Source: a virus
Strand: one strand, 5' to 3'
DNA: 64,000 bases
Virus record (IMG/VR): IMGVR_UViG_3300017605_000635
Location: 5,750 to 69,749 of that record
Positions 19,702 through 30,725 of this stretch are shown piece by piece; position 1 is the stretch's first letter, and each line of letters begins with the position of its first letter. A model generated the notes under the pieces. That model did no database searches. It had not been told where the DNA came from and was given only the letters and a program-made list of their open reading frames with translations. A program made the position numbers and the translations under genes.

Positions 19702-20051
19702 ACCCGGATGCGATGATGGAGCGGATGACTCCGCTCCTTTTTCGCGAATGGATAGCCTACTCGGAGATTGAACGCTTTGGAGAAGACCGGGCGGATGTTC
19801 GTCTCGCACAACTCGAAGCTACTGTCTGGAACCTCGTTCGAGACTCGAAGAAACACCCGACTCCGTTCAAGTTCGAGCCGTATCTGAACGAGTTCTTGAT
19901 CGACATGAAGGAGAGGAAACGACACCGACAAACGGATGACCAAAAGTTCGACCTCCTGACCGAGATGCTTTTGACCTCGGTCGGAGCCTCGCAAGGTGAA
20001 GTCGTCAAACGACCGAAGGTTCAGGAGCCTACGCTCCCGATGGTAACGTAA
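19638..20051 (+). CDS. Tail assembly chaperone T portion
   Basis: RRFAFKLA and EWIAYSEIERFG.RAD.R motifs; reached by -1 frameshift. Confidence 0.75.
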   Translation, partial: RLQRDDTRRFAFKLAAHFREIDPDAMMERMTPLLFREWIAYSEIERFGEDRADVRLAQLEATVWNLVRDSKKHPTPFKFEPYLNEFLIDMKERKRHRQTDDQKFDLLTEMLLTSVGASQGEVVKRPKVQEPTLPMVT

Positions 20052-23000
20052 ATGCCTATTCCGTCTGGTGGGTCTGGTCTTAGCATTGGAACGCTCTCGG
20101 GCTCGATTGAGCTTGAGGACAATGCAAGTCGAGAACTTGAACAGTTCGAACGTCGAGTCAAATCGACCTCGACCACCCTTGGTCTCCTCGGGGATGGGCT
20201 GACGTTTGCGGGAGCGGGGCTCTCGGTCGTCGGAACGGCATTCATTGGTATTGCGAAGGAATCCGTTTCAGCCGTTACAGAACTGAACGAAGGCATCGCC
20301 AACGTTTCGACCAACGTCGAAGGAAAGCTTGGCCCGTCGATGACGGCCATCACGACGTTGATGAAGAAGGAAGTCCAGTCCATCGCCATCGAGACCGGGA
20401 AGTCCACCAAGGACATTACCAAGGGGTTGTACGAGGTCACCTCGGTCCTCGGGTACACCGGAGATACGTTCAAGCAGCTCAAAATCGCCGCGATGGCGGG
20501 CACGGCTGGGCTTTCAACGACCTCCGAGGCGTTTACCTTTCTCAACGCGGTCACCCGAGGCTACGGGGACACCTCCGAGGCGGCAACGAAGAAGGTGGCC
20601 AATCTCGGGTTCGAGGCGGTGCGTCTCGGCAAGACTACGTTCCCAGAATTGTCGTCAGCCGTCGGCAAGATGATCCCCATTGCCCATCTTGCGGGTGTCT
20701 CCCTCGAAGAGGTCTTTGGGGTCATTGCGACAGCGACCGGGGTGACCGGGAATACGTCGCAAGTCGTCACCCAAATGGTCTCGGCAATGAATGCGTTCCT
20801 CAAACCGGGAGCCGCGATGAAGCGGCTGTTCGAGGAACAGAAGGTTGCGAGTGGAGAGGCACTGATCGCAGAGAAGGGTCTCGTTGGGTCTCTCCAGTTA
20901 GTGGCGGAGTTCAGCGAGCGGACGAAGACTCCAATGATGGAGCTTCTGAAGCGCAAGGAGGCGTTTGTCCTCGCAGCTGGACTCGCAGGCGGAGCCGCAG
21001 ACTCGTTCTCAACAAAGATGATTTCAATGGGCAAGGCCGGACAGGCGTCCTCGACGGCATTGCTTGACGCCTATGAGAAGCAGACGAAGGGCGTGAACCA
21101 AGCAGGCTTTGCCTGGAAGCAGTTCCGGGTCGAGGTCGAAGTGGCGATGCAAGAACTGGGAGATGTCGTTCTTCCGGTCGTGATGAAAATTGGGCATGCG
21201 CTCCGCCCATTGTGGGAAGACATTAAAACCACAATGCATTGGTTTGAGCAGTTGCCGACGCCGATTCAAGTCATCCCCATTCTTATCGGTCCAGCCCTCG
21301 TGACGGCCGGGACTCTGATCCGCGTGTTTAGCAAGAACATGGCGACGATCATCGAGACCGGGAAGCTTGGGTGGACGTTCTTGACGGCACAGATTAACAC
21401 CAACACCGAGGCGTTGGTGGCGAATGCGGCTGCACAGAAGGCTGCGGCTCTCGGGGTTCCGTTCTCCGCTCGAAGTTCGACGGCACAAGTTGCGTCGATG
21501 GAGGCGTGGAAGGCGGGCAGCAGCGCCGAACTCCTCGGAGCCGGAGTCGTGGCGGAAGCCACTGCCTCGAAGGTCGGCATCCTCACGAAGGCGATGACCG
21601 GGCTCCGCCTCGCGGGAACAGCCGTCCTCGAAGTCTTAACTGGCCCCGTAGGGATCACCATTGCCCTCGTAACGGGCGCAGCCCTCTTGACTGGCTACGC
21701 GATTGGGTGGGATAACGTTTGGAGCGGAGTTACGAAGGTTGTGGGTGTCCTCAAGGATGCCGCCTCGTGGATAGGGGAAGTTACCGGCCTGACAACGGTT
21801 TTCAACGGGCTCTGGAAGGATACGAAGGATACGCTGGGGCTCCTCGGACAGACGTTGGGGAACGTCGCGAGCACGATGAAGAATCAGTTCATCGCCTCTT
21901 GGTTCGACTTCAAGACGATTGTCTTTGGCGTTTCAACGAGCCTCCGAGACGAACTGATCCTCAATCTCTCCATCGCAGGAGCGATGTTCGAGAAATTGAC
22001 GGGAACGATGAAGGGTTCGTTCCTCGCAGGACTCTCGGCCATTGCGGTCGAGGTTTTGACGATCAATACACCGCTTCGAGACTTCCTCGCCATTTTGGCG
22101 CTCCTCGAAAGCAAGCTCCCGGCGTGGGCGAAGAACTCCCAGGCTGCAGCGGATAGTAGTGACAAGTTGGCCGTGCAAGCGGGTCTCGCCTATGGTGCTC
22201 TCCGGCTCCAATACGAGGGGTTCAACGCTTCGGGCGCAGGACTTTCCTTCTACGATGCACAGACGAAGAAAGTCATCACGTCCGTTTCCACCTGGGACTC
22301 GATACTCCAGAAGAACCAGTTCACCCTCAACGACGCACAGACTGGCTATCGTCAATTCGGAGCTGCTGTTAAGAAGGCGGGTGATGAGATTCCCTCGCTC
22401 ACGGAGAAGCTGAAGGAATACGAGGACGAACTCAAGACCCTCGGGAAGGACGGAAAGCCGACCGCAGCACAACTGACCCAGGCGATTCAGAGCCATGCGT
22501 TCAACCCGAAGGAGCTTGCGACTTTTGCGCAAATTTCGGAGGGTGCGCTCCGTCTCTTCGAGAATCGGTTGTCGACGACAACTGCCGCCGGAAAGAAGTC
22601 CGCGACAGCGCTCAAAGAACTAAATGGAGCGATGGACGAACTGACCGAGACGCAGAAGCGTCAGGTCCAGTCCGACCTCCAGCACGGAGCCTCGGTCGAG
22701 AAAATATCTAACGCTTATCATCTCAATCAGATTGCTGTTCGGAATTACGCCGACGAACTCAAGGAACTCAAGACTGCGACGGATGATGTCTACAAGGTCT
22801 CGACGAAGTTGGCTGCTCTCGAAGACGCCCAGGACAAGGACTTCACCGTCAACTTCGTGAGGTCGAGCATCGCGAACGTCGAGAGCCGGGTCAATACCAT
22901 CGGGAAGATTTCATCCGACCTCGACGAACGCATCCTGCAATCTCGGATGACGACCTCTCAGAAGGCTATTCGGCAACTCGAACTCGAACGAGACGAGGCG

Positions 23001-25481
23001 GTCAACAACATCGGAGACGTAGGGAGTGCGTATGACCGGCTGAAGGGCAATATCACAAGTTATTATGACTTCCTCATCCAGAAGGAACGCGATGACGAAT
23101 CGTTCCGACTGAAGATGCAGAAGTTCGAGATTGTGGGGAATGCGTTCCGGAAGTTGAGCCAGTTGGCGGGCAATACGACGTTCGGGAAGATTTTTGGAGG
23201 ACTGGCGGAGGGTATTGACGCGTTCCAGAACCTTTCGGCGGAAACGAAGAGATTCCAAGACCTGCAGAAGCTTGCCGCGCAGAACCACGAGAGCGTTTGG
23301 AAGACCTCGTTTGCCGGAGTTGCCAGCTACGCAGTGACTTCGTTTGCGACGATGTACGGTGCCGCTCAGATGGGTATCGACATCATCAGAAAGCTGAAGG
23401 ACACGCTCACTGGTCCAGTCTACCAGGCGGCCATCAACCAGCGAGGCGGAGCCGGGCAAATTCGGACGAATGCCGCTCTCGCAGGGTTCAATCCGGCTCC
23501 GCTCCTCAATGCCACGACGAATAAGCAATTCCAACAACAGCTGGCGTTGTTTGACGCCGCAATTTCTGCGAGCAACGACCGTCTCCAGAAGTATGGGCTA
23601 ACATGGAAGGACTTCAATAGCCAGATTCAGAAGGCGAATATCTCTCAGACCGTTCGAGACCTTGTCAAGGACTTCAATCAGCTGAAGTTCACCGGAGCGA
23701 ATCCCCAGAGCATTATCCGGGGGATGAGCGGAGACTTGAGTCAGCTGGTCGTTGACGCGGTCTCGACGGGGCAGAAGATTCCGGTTGCGCTCCAACCGAT
23801 GATTGAGACGTTGATCCGCAGCGGGAACCTTTCGCAAGACGCCGCACGCGCACTTCTCGGGATGGGAACCGAGGCGGTGCCGACGTTCGCGGAGGTCGAG
23901 GCAGCGGCAGGTCGTTACGGGATCAAGCTCGATTCTCTTGGACCTAAAATCAAGGCACTCGAACTCGGAGAGACGGCAACCAAGATTGCCGCCGATTGGA
24001 AGACCCTCATCAGCGCAGGCGGAGACGTCAACGCCGTGATGGTGGGGATGTCCGGCTCCGTGCAGACAATCATCAACGATGCGGCAACGGCAGGCGTGAA
24101 GATTCCCGCCAGTCTCCGGCCGATTATTGAGCAGATGGCCAAGGCTGGATTGCTCACGGATGGCTTCGGGAACAAGCTCACGGATGCATCTCAGCTTGAC
24201 TTCGAAACACCACTCAGTGAACAGTTCGATACCCTGATCTCGAAGCTCCAGGAACTCATCGACAAGTTCAGCAAGGTGGGCACGGCGGCTGAGGAGGGGT
24301 TCGGACGAGCCCGCACCGCAGCCGGAGGCGTCCTCACTGGAGAGGTCGGCGTGCCTCGGAATCCGACCGGGACTCCGGCTCCGGCTCCGGCTCCGGCTCC
24401 GACTCCGGCTCCGGCTCCGGCTCCTGGGGCTCCTAGGGCTCCGGCACCCACTCCGGCGCCAACGCCGACTCCGCCCCAGGGGAACCCCCAGCCCACCCCG
24501 GCTCCGCCACCCGTAGCGGCACCGCGCCGGCCAACGTCCACGGTTCTCCCGGGTCCGGAGAATGCCGACCCACGGATGCGGTTCGCAACGGGTGGGATGG
24601 TCACGCCGTTGTACCTCGCAGCGGGCAGCACCTCGGTCGGAGCCCCAACGGGTTCCCTCGGCACGACCTCTGGCCGCACGCGCACCGATTCTCCGTGGAT
24701 CACGCCGATTGCGACCGGCACACGGTCTGCTCCGCCCGGAAGCGTGTCAACGTATCGCGGAGGACCAGTTGGCTCCGATACGGTCAACGCGTGGCTGACG
24801 CCAAAGGAGGGCGTGGTCACGGTCGAGGGGATGAAAGAACTGACCGAGTCCAATCTGAACCTTCTCAACACAAAACCGGGAGCCTTCACCACGAAGGTTC
24901 GAATGGAAGGTGAAGAGGCATATTCGGCAAAGGTTCTTCCGTTCATTAAGCAACAGCAGGAACAGATCACCGAAACGAAAGCACAGCTCACCCAGGTGGG
25001 TCGACTGATCCAGTCACTCCTCGAAGGGTTCAAGGGAGTGATCAGTGCGGCCGCTTCCGGGCTCCCAGACATTCCTCCCGGTGCGCAACCGAACGTTCTC
25101 CCGGGAGATGTGATCACGAGGCCAAAGCCTCCCGGAAGCTCACCCATCGTAGTTTCGGATTCTGGAGAAGTTCAAACACCGCCAGGTTGGCGCCCTGGGC
25201 AAGTTCCCGAGGGTGCTGACCCACGCTTTAGGTATAGCACTGGAGGAGTCGTTGGAGAGCCCGTTCAGACGGCTCCGGCCGTTCGAGAGAACCAGTGGGC
25301 CGGACAATACCAAGGCCCACAAGCGGAGGTCCACAACCACTACGCGAATATGTTCCAGGGGATGACGGTGACGATGGAAGCTCTCCCGGCCTTCATGGAG
25401 CGTTTGGCTGACGTTCTCGACATTGACGGAGACCTCCGATTGCGGATGCGTAACGCGCTACAGGTGAAGAAGAGTGCTTAG
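20052..25481 (+). CDS. Tape measure protein
   Basis: 1809 aa helical; VRLGKTTFPEL TP901-type core; hydrophobic segments; FATGG..GSDTVNAWLTPKEGV. Confidence 0.92.
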   Translation: MPIPSGGSGLSIGTLSGSIELEDNASRELEQFERRVKSTSTTLGLLGDGLTFAGAGLSVVGTAFIGIAKESVSAVTELNEGIANVSTNVEGKLGPSMTAITTLMKKEVQSIAIETGKSTKDITKGLYEVTSVLGYTGDTFKQLKIAAMAGTAGLSTTSEAFTFLNAVTRGYGDTSEAATKKVANLGFEAVRLGKTTFPELSSAVGKMIPIAHLAGVSLEEVFGVIATATGVTGNTSQVVTQMVSAMNAFLKPGAAMKRLFEEQKVASGEALIAEKGLVGSLQLVAEFSERTKTPMMELLKRKEAFVLAAGLAGGAADSFSTKMISMGKAGQASSTALLDAYEKQTKGVNQAGFAWKQFRVEVEVAMQELGDVVLPVVMKIGHALRPLWEDIKTTMHWFEQLPTPIQVIPILIGPALVTAGTLIRVFSKNMATIIETGKLGWTFLTAQINTNTEALVANAAAQKAAALGVPFSARSSTAQVASMEAWKAGSSAELLGAGVVAEATASKVGILTKAMTGLRLAGTAVLEVLTGPVGITIALVTGAALLTGYAIGWDNVWSGVTKVVGVLKDAASWIGEVTGLTTVFNGLWKDTKDTLGLLGQTLGNVASTMKNQFIASWFDFKTIVFGVSTSLRDELILNLSIAGAMFEKLTGTMKGSFLAGLSAIAVEVLTINTPLRDFLAILALLESKLPAWAKNSQAAADSSDKLAVQAGLAYGALRLQYEGFNASGAGLSFYDAQTKKVITSVSTWDSILQKNQFTLNDAQTGYRQFGAAVKKAGDEIPSLTEKLKEYEDELKTLGKDGKPTAAQLTQAIQSHAFNPKELATFAQISEGALRLFENRLSTTTAAGKKSATALKELNGAMDELTETQKRQVQSDLQHGASVEKISNAYHLNQIAVRNYADELKELKTATDDVYKVSTKLAALEDAQDKDFTVNFVRSSIANVESRVNTIGKISSDLDERILQSRMTTSQKAIRQLELERDEAVNNIGDVGSAYDRLKGNITSYYDFLIQKERDDESFRLKMQKFEIVGNAFRKLSQLAGNTTFGKIFGGLAEGIDAFQNLSAETKRFQDLQKLAAQNHESVWKTSFAGVASYAVTSFATMYGAAQMGIDIIRKLKDTLTGPVYQAAINQRGGAGQIRTNAALAGFNPAPLLNATTNKQFQQQLALFDAAISASNDRLQKYGLTWKDFNSQIQKANISQTVRDLVKDFNQLKFTGANPQSIIRGMSGDLSQLVVDAVSTGQKIPVALQPMIETLIRSGNLSQDAARALLGMGTEAVPTFAEVEAAAGRYGIKLDSLGPKIKALELGETATKIAADWKTLISAGGDVNAVMVGMSGSVQTIINDAATAGVKIPASLRPIIEQMAKAGLLTDGFGNKLTDASQLDFETPLSEQFDTLISKLQELIDKFSKVGTAAEEGFGRARTAAGGVLTGEVGVPRNPTGTPAPAPAPAPTPAPAPAPGAPRAPAPTPAPTPTPPQGNPQPTPAPPPVAAPRRPTSTVLPGPENADPRMRFATGGMVTPLYLAAGSTSVGAPTGSLGTTSGRTRTDSPWITPIATGTRSAPPGSVSTYRGGPVGSDTVNAWLTPKEGVVTVEGMKELTESNLNLLNTKPGAFTTKVRMEGEEAYSAKVLPFIKQQQEQITETKAQLTQVGRLIQSLLEGFKGVISAAASGLPDIPPGAQPNVLPGDVITRPKPPGSSPIVVSDSGEVQTPPGWRPGQVPEGADPRFRYSTGGVVGEPVQTAPAVRENQWAGQYQGPQAEVHNHYANMFQGMTVTMEALPAFMERLADVLDIDGDLRLRMRNALQVKKSA
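24373..24423 (+). repeat. (CCGGCT)n microsatellite encoding a Pro-Ala linker
   Basis: Tandem ccggct units; similar run near 9945-10040. Confidence 0.8.
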
Positions 25482-26154
25482 AATCGTGCGACCCGACAAG
25501 CGTGTGCTTCCCGGGAGCGTTGCCGGAGCCCCAGACACGAACTTTCAAGCCGTTTGGCTGATCGACGGTCGTCCAAGTTACCCCTACAAGAAGACCGGGG
25601 GCATCAGCGTGACAGTTACGCCGGATGTTGCTCGCACGTATGACGTCATCGGGGTGACGCGGCATCTCGTTCCTGCAGCGGGAACCGTTACGGTCAACGG
25701 CCACGTCGTGACGATGCCGGCCTATGGGGGTGACGGGCTCTCGCGTGCCGGCTCCCTCGTGATCACGCCGGAGTCGACCGGAGCAAGTTTCGCGGTCTCG
25801 ACCTCGGGCACCACCATCGGAGACCTCTGGGTGGGGGAGTCGTTCACGTTGAATGATTTCCAAATGCGTCGAACGTTGGCCCCCAGCGAACTCGTTCCAT
25901 GGGAAGCGGCCCTAGGTCCGTATATCGATGGTTACTCCGAGATTCAAACGGTGTCGGGTCTCATCTCTTGTACCAACGCGCAGTTCGCACAAGTCGTCGC
26001 GTGGAGCGAGAGCACCCGGAAGGGTGCGTTGCCCTCCCTCGTGATCTTCGACGAAGGCACGTGGCTGTGCCTCATGAAGTGGACCGAGGCACATTGGGAG
26101 AACCAGCACGGCGTACAGTTGACGCTCGTGAAGTTCCCGGATACGGACTGGTAA
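25474..26154 (+). CDS. Distal tail protein-like
   Basis: First gene after tape measure. Confidence 0.55.
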   Translation: MLRIVRPDKRVLPGSVAGAPDTNFQAVWLIDGRPSYPYKKTGGISVTVTPDVARTYDVIGVTRHLVPAAGTVTVNGHVVTMPAYGGDGLSRAGSLVITPESTGASFAVSTSGTTIGDLWVGESFTLNDFQMRRTLAPSELVPWEAALGPYIDGYSEIQTVSGLISCTNAQFAQVVAWSESTRKGALPSLVIFDEGTWLCLMKWTEAHWENQHGVQLTLVKFPDTDW

Positions 26155-27636
26155 ATGCCGACACCGACGAACATTACCATCGACACGGCAATGCTCCTCG
26201 ACTATGGGGATACAACCATTGATGTATCTGGGTTGGGTGCTCCGCAGGAGACGTGGTACAAGTATCTGGGGAAGTCCGGAGAGGTCATTCTCGGAGTATG
26301 GGCTCACGTTCTCCAAGCGAGTAATTTCAATCCTCTCATTCGAGCCTATATCGGACCCACGACCGCTCCCGATAACTTCATGTCAACGGGCAACAACCGT
26401 CCGATTGAAGTCCCGATTATTTCTGGAGAATATATTTATTTCAAGGTAACCAATACAGGAGTGGGTGTCCCCGATGCACCATTGGTGATGAAACTTCGTC
26501 AGGCACCAAATGGTGTATTGTCCCCCGAGGGGAGCCTTGTCATCCCAGACACCTCGGTAGCCTACGGGACAACCACGTGGCCGTGGGTGGTAATCAATGC
26601 GACGACGGGCGAAATCCTTGGCTACCGAACGGGGCCAGCCGGAGAATCGGGGGTCATGGTTGCGAGTGGCGTCTCCGCCTTCGAGGATTCAGACGCAAAT
26701 AATATCAAGACCTTTTCTCCGACCCTCGTACAAACAGGGACCACGAGTCTCGACCTAAATGGGAACGGACAAATTTCAACGAACTATGTCGACAAATTCT
26801 ACATTGGTCGGAATGTTGTAGCCGCGAACGCAACAATTACAAAGACAGGTCTAACGGGAGCGGTCCTTACGACCTGGACCCTTCCAGCAATCGGGCTCGT
26901 TGGGTTAGCCATTTCCCCCGATGAAACGATTGCCTACTACACCCAGAATCAAACGGCAAATCAGCCGGTCAAACGATACGACCTCGTTGGAAGTGCGGCA
27001 ATGTCCGACCTTGCTGCCGGCATCTCGGGTTCGACGTTCGTTCGAGACTTGGTAACTCTCGGTGACGGGAGTGTACTTGTTACGTATCGCCCTTCATCCG
27101 GTGCAATGTTCATCAAGCGGTATAGCGCAGCAGGTGCGACCCTTAACACATACACGTTTAGTGTTCCCGCTACGAAGACCATTCAACACGCGATTCGAGG
27201 CATTGACTCGGGAACGTTTTGGGTATGGGAACAGGATGGGAACACACATTATCTTAGCCTTATTCGAGCGAGTGATGGCGTAGTTCTGGCAGGTCCGCTG
27301 ACGGTGCCGGTAACAGTCGACGGAGAGATTCAACAAACGCCCTCGGACAGTATGTCGTTTTTTGGCGCTTCATGGTCGTGTCCGACGGTTGTTGCACGAA
27401 CTTCACTTGTAATCCCTCCAATTTCAGAAACACCCGTTGGCCCTCCGCCCGTCGTGATTCCGCCCTCGACCGAGACCCCAACGGATTGCTGCGTAAAGCC
27501 TGTAGGACCGCAGGAGCCTCCACCCCCAGCGGAGCCTCCACCTGAGGTTCCCCCGTTTGAAGAGGAGTGTGGTTTTGGCGGTCTAATGGGTGACGGGAAC
27601 CTTGTCACGTTTGCGGAGGACTGGCGTGTCGCGTAA
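26155..27636 (+). CDS. Minor tail protein with probable beta-propeller
   Basis: GLAISPDE and repeated blade-like strands; Pro/Glu-rich tail. Confidence 0.55.
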   Translation: MPTPTNITIDTAMLLDYGDTTIDVSGLGAPQETWYKYLGKSGEVILGVWAHVLQASNFNPLIRAYIGPTTAPDNFMSTGNNRPIEVPIISGEYIYFKVTNTGVGVPDAPLVMKLRQAPNGVLSPEGSLVIPDTSVAYGTTTWPWVVINATTGEILGYRTGPAGESGVMVASGVSAFEDSDANNIKTFSPTLVQTGTTSLDLNGNGQISTNYVDKFYIGRNVVAANATITKTGLTGAVLTTWTLPAIGLVGLAISPDETIAYYTQNQTANQPVKRYDLVGSAAMSDLAAGISGSTFVRDLVTLGDGSVLVTYRPSSGAMFIKRYSAAGATLNTYTFSVPATKTIQHAIRGIDSGTFWVWEQDGNTHYLSLIRASDGVVLAGPLTVPVTVDGEIQQTPSDSMSFFGASWSCPTVVARTSLVIPPISETPVGPPPVVIPPSTETPTDCCVKPVGPQEPPPPAEPPPEVPPFEEECGFGGLMGDGNLVTFAEDWRVA

Positions 27637-29896
27637 GACACCTGATTTCTGGTTCGAGGTCGATATCAAAGACTTCCCGCCCGATACGATCACCACGTAT
27701 CGTCTTGCCCAAAAGGGCATGATCTATCCGACGTTCATCGATGGTCGAGTCAAGCAGGGTGGATGGAGTGAGTTCACGCTTGCGTTGAGTAGCCTCCGAG
27801 GCGGAGACTCCGCAGCCGTTCTTACGGTCGACCTCGAAGACGCAGATGCGGTTTGGCGGCAAATCGGGCTCGACATGGGACGGTCGTTGTACGCAAAAGC
27901 GTTCACCCGATTCATGTTTCTGTCCAGAACCGGTCGAGTGGCGAACCTCGACCCACGTGTGGTCCATCGAGGTTTCCTCCAAAAGCGACCGCAAGCTCGG
28001 GGGAAGCGGAAGGCCCAGCTGACCTCGACGGATGCAACGGGTAGCACATGGTTCTCGTTGAACCCCGAGGTCTTACTCCAAAAGTTCGTCCTTACCCAGG
28101 AGTGGTTGGACGGAGCCGGGATCATCAATTCTCCGACCGACATTCTCAAGACAAAGATCAAAGTGTATCTCGGAGAGTTTTCCGACTCAGCCAAAGATCA
28201 TCCCATCGGGGTTCGACCGTCGACCTACATTGGGGACAAAGTCTACACGAACGTTGGGACCACGCCGACTGGCCCTAGAACCATCGTCGAGGTTCCTCCG
28301 CCCGTCCTGACATCGTTCACGGTCGTCGGCACCCCGGGCTCCCAACACTACGTTGCGGCCGCTGTCGCGCAGTTCGATAACGGGCTCCGAACGGCATTGA
28401 GTAACGTTCTAACGATGGACAATGGACCTGACGTCCTCGACGGGACCAACTACACCGTTCGAACGTATCAGGCTCCCCCGGGTTGGGAAGCCTACTATGA
28501 AGCTCATCTGACTGGTATCTACCAGGTTGGACGGAGTAGCACCGACACGTATCTCGACATCGGCCGGCACGCGTTGAACGGAGACGGACTCCCGGATTGG
28601 ACGACCGGAGGCTTGGCTGATGGAGAGTATCACGACGACCAAGACTCCGACGATGAGAAGATTCTCCCCCAAATTCGAACCGCCATTGTCGTTACTGAGG
28701 ACGGAACCCCCACGACCGTTACCGAGGATGTATTGGTTGGAGTGTGGGTCGTCGGATTGGGGTGGTCCGAGATTCACGCATTGTTTGGACCCTCGCGGGA
28801 GGAACAAACGGAGTCACGTCGTGTCCAGATTTCGTTTAGTGACCCGGAAGTTACCGTCCCAAGCTCGTGGGTTGAGATGGGACCAGCCGATGATCTTGTT
28901 CGGTTGACCGTCCACTATGCCACTGGGTATCTCCGGTCCAAGGCCATAAACGGTGACGTGAGCTTTGCCACAAACGGATGCGGTTGGACCGACACCGGAG
29001 GAACGGATGGCACCCCAATCACGGAGGCGGATGAGGCGTTTATCGCCATCTACAACGAACTTGTCCTCAAGAACGCCGGGAAAGGCTACCGCAACGGAAC
29101 GTTCGGCCCCATTGAGGAGTATCCGGATGGGGTCTCAGTCCTCAATACCGATGTCATCCGTGCCTGGCATGATACCACCATCAATGACCTCCGCCCTCGT
29201 GGACTCCAGTTCCAACTGGTCATCGAGGGAACCGAAACGCTCCGATGGTTCGACCAGCAGTTCATGGATACGTTCTTCGCCCAACCCGGGCCCATGGACA
29301 CCGGCCAAATTGGCGTATGGAGCCTCGCGCAATTCACCGCCCTCGATAAGCTTGGGCTCTCCCGGTATCGGTACAAGATTGAAATCCCGGGAGGACTCCC
29401 GGATGTCGAGGATTCCCAAGGAGAGGTCGAGAACCTTCTCCGGGTGAAGTTCGCGTACAACCCAGACCTCCAAGAGTTCGAGAGTAAGCTCCGAACGTTC
29501 AAGGATGACGACTCGATCAAGATGTATGGGCAGCGGCTCATTGCCCCCGAGGGAGAGGCAGCGGAAGCTCGGTGTACGCGAGACCCGGCCACGATTGACT
29601 ATGCCTACGGATGGCGTTTGTATTTCAATAAGATAGAACCGGTGTATCAATGGGTTCCAACGGACCTTATTGGCGCTGAGCAACAAATGGGAACGGTCTT
29701 TTGTCTTTCGCATCCAGATGGACCGTATGTCGATGAGGCGTTCTTCCTCGACCGGAAAACGTTACGAGCGAATCTCCCGAATCCAGGGTATTCTCTCCGG
29801 GGGAGGAGCCTCGAACGGACGGTGCTCGACATCACCGAGTCGAGCATCCTCGGACTCGGCACGACCATCCCCTTCACGGTTGGAGTAAGCATCTAA
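27626..29896 (+). CDS. Baseplate hub / tail tip protein
   Basis: Large gene in tail-tip position; GTG 27626 with SD GGAGGA; DDDSIKMYG motif. Confidence 0.6.
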   Translation: MSRKTPDFWFEVDIKDFPPDTITTYRLAQKGMIYPTFIDGRVKQGGWSEFTLALSSLRGGDSAAVLTVDLEDADAVWRQIGLDMGRSLYAKAFTRFMFLSRTGRVANLDPRVVHRGFLQKRPQARGKRKAQLTSTDATGSTWFSLNPEVLLQKFVLTQEWLDGAGIINSPTDILKTKIKVYLGEFSDSAKDHPIGVRPSTYIGDKVYTNVGTTPTGPRTIVEVPPPVLTSFTVVGTPGSQHYVAAAVAQFDNGLRTALSNVLTMDNGPDVLDGTNYTVRTYQAPPGWEAYYEAHLTGIYQVGRSSTDTYLDIGRHALNGDGLPDWTTGGLADGEYHDDQDSDDEKILPQIRTAIVVTEDGTPTTVTEDVLVGVWVVGLGWSEIHALFGPSREEQTESRRVQISFSDPEVTVPSSWVEMGPADDLVRLTVHYATGYLRSKAINGDVSFATNGCGWTDTGGTDGTPITEADEAFIAIYNELVLKNAGKGYRNGTFGPIEEYPDGVSVLNTDVIRAWHDTTINDLRPRGLQFQLVIEGTETLRWFDQQFMDTFFAQPGPMDTGQIGVWSLAQFTALDKLGLSRYRYKIEIPGGLPDVEDSQGEVENLLRVKFAYNPDLQEFESKLRTFKDDDSIKMYGQRLIAPEGEAAEARCTRDPATIDYAYGWRLYFNKIEPVYQWVPTDLIGAEQQMGTVFCLSHPDGPYVDEAFFLDRKTLRANLPNPGYSLRGRSLERTVLDITESSILGLGTTIPFTVGVSI

Positions 29897-30550
29897 ATGG
29901 CTCAAACAACGATCAATGGCGGTGGACCGGGCGGGAGCTTCGTGGATGGTGTCTCGATTGTCGATGCGACCGTCATGGAAGCGTTGCGAGGGAATATCCC
30001 GGATGCCGAGAGCCGGTTGGCTGCGTTGGAGACGGTAGTTCCGTCTGGAACAGCAACGATATACAAAACTACCGTTACCCTTAATAACACTCAGATCAAG
30101 GCTCTCCCGACAACGCCAATTACATTGATCGCGGCTCCGGGCGCTGGGCTTGCTATTGCTCTGCTTCGAGCCTCTGTCTACAGTAAGACAAATGCCGGAG
30201 CGTATACAAATATCAACGCGGCGGGAGTCCTTGGGGTCCGGTTTGCCACAAGCCTAGGCACTGGGCTAAGTTGGATTCCGAACGATGCTGCAATCACAAA
30301 CGGGTCGACTACCCTCTTATCTGACCTCCTCGGAACGACAACAAACCGGCGTGCGACATTGACCCCTAACCAAGGCACCGAGGGTCGTGATGACTGGGGC
30401 GCAGTTCCATTCGTGGAAGACGTTGCAGCGTTTACGAACTTGGCTCTACAAGTCGACGTAGATAACAATGGCGGCGGAGATTTCACCGGAGGCAATGCAG
30501 CCAACAGCCTTGTCTTCGTCGTTTACTTCCTAAAGGAGATTGTTCCATGA
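29897..30550 (+). CDS. Minor tail/structural protein
   Basis: LPTTPITLIAAPGAG motif seen in phage structural proteins. Confidence 0.55.
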   Translation: MAQTTINGGGPGGSFVDGVSIVDATVMEALRGNIPDAESRLAALETVVPSGTATIYKTTVTLNNTQIKALPTTPITLIAAPGAGLAIALLRASVYSKTNAGAYTNINAAGVLGVRFATSLGTGLSWIPNDAAITNGSTTLLSDLLGTTTNRRATLTPNQGTEGRDDWGAVPFVEDVAAFTNLALQVDVDNNGGGDFTGGNAANSLVFVVYFLKEIVP

Positions 30551-30714
30551 CATCACCACCCTTTTGGTACACGCTCACGTGGATGGGGCTCTCGTTCTGG
30601 TATTTCGCATATTGGGATAAGTATCCCTCGTACACCGTTCTATTCAAGTGGGGCGGGAGCGGTCTTCTTCTCTTGTCGCTCTTGAATGGTCTCGGAGTCC
30701 TGCACAATTTCTGA
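30547..30714 (+). CDS. Small membrane protein, 55 aa (holin candidate)
   Basis: MTSPPFWYTLTWMGLSFWYF...GGSGLLLLSLLNGLGVL; ATGA overlap; SD AAGGAG; below the ORF-track cutoff. Confidence 0.5.
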   Translation: MTSPPFWYTLTWMGLSFWYFAYWDKYPSYTVLFKWGGSGLLLLSLLNGLGVLHNF

Positions 30715-30725
30715 AGGAGCGTTCC

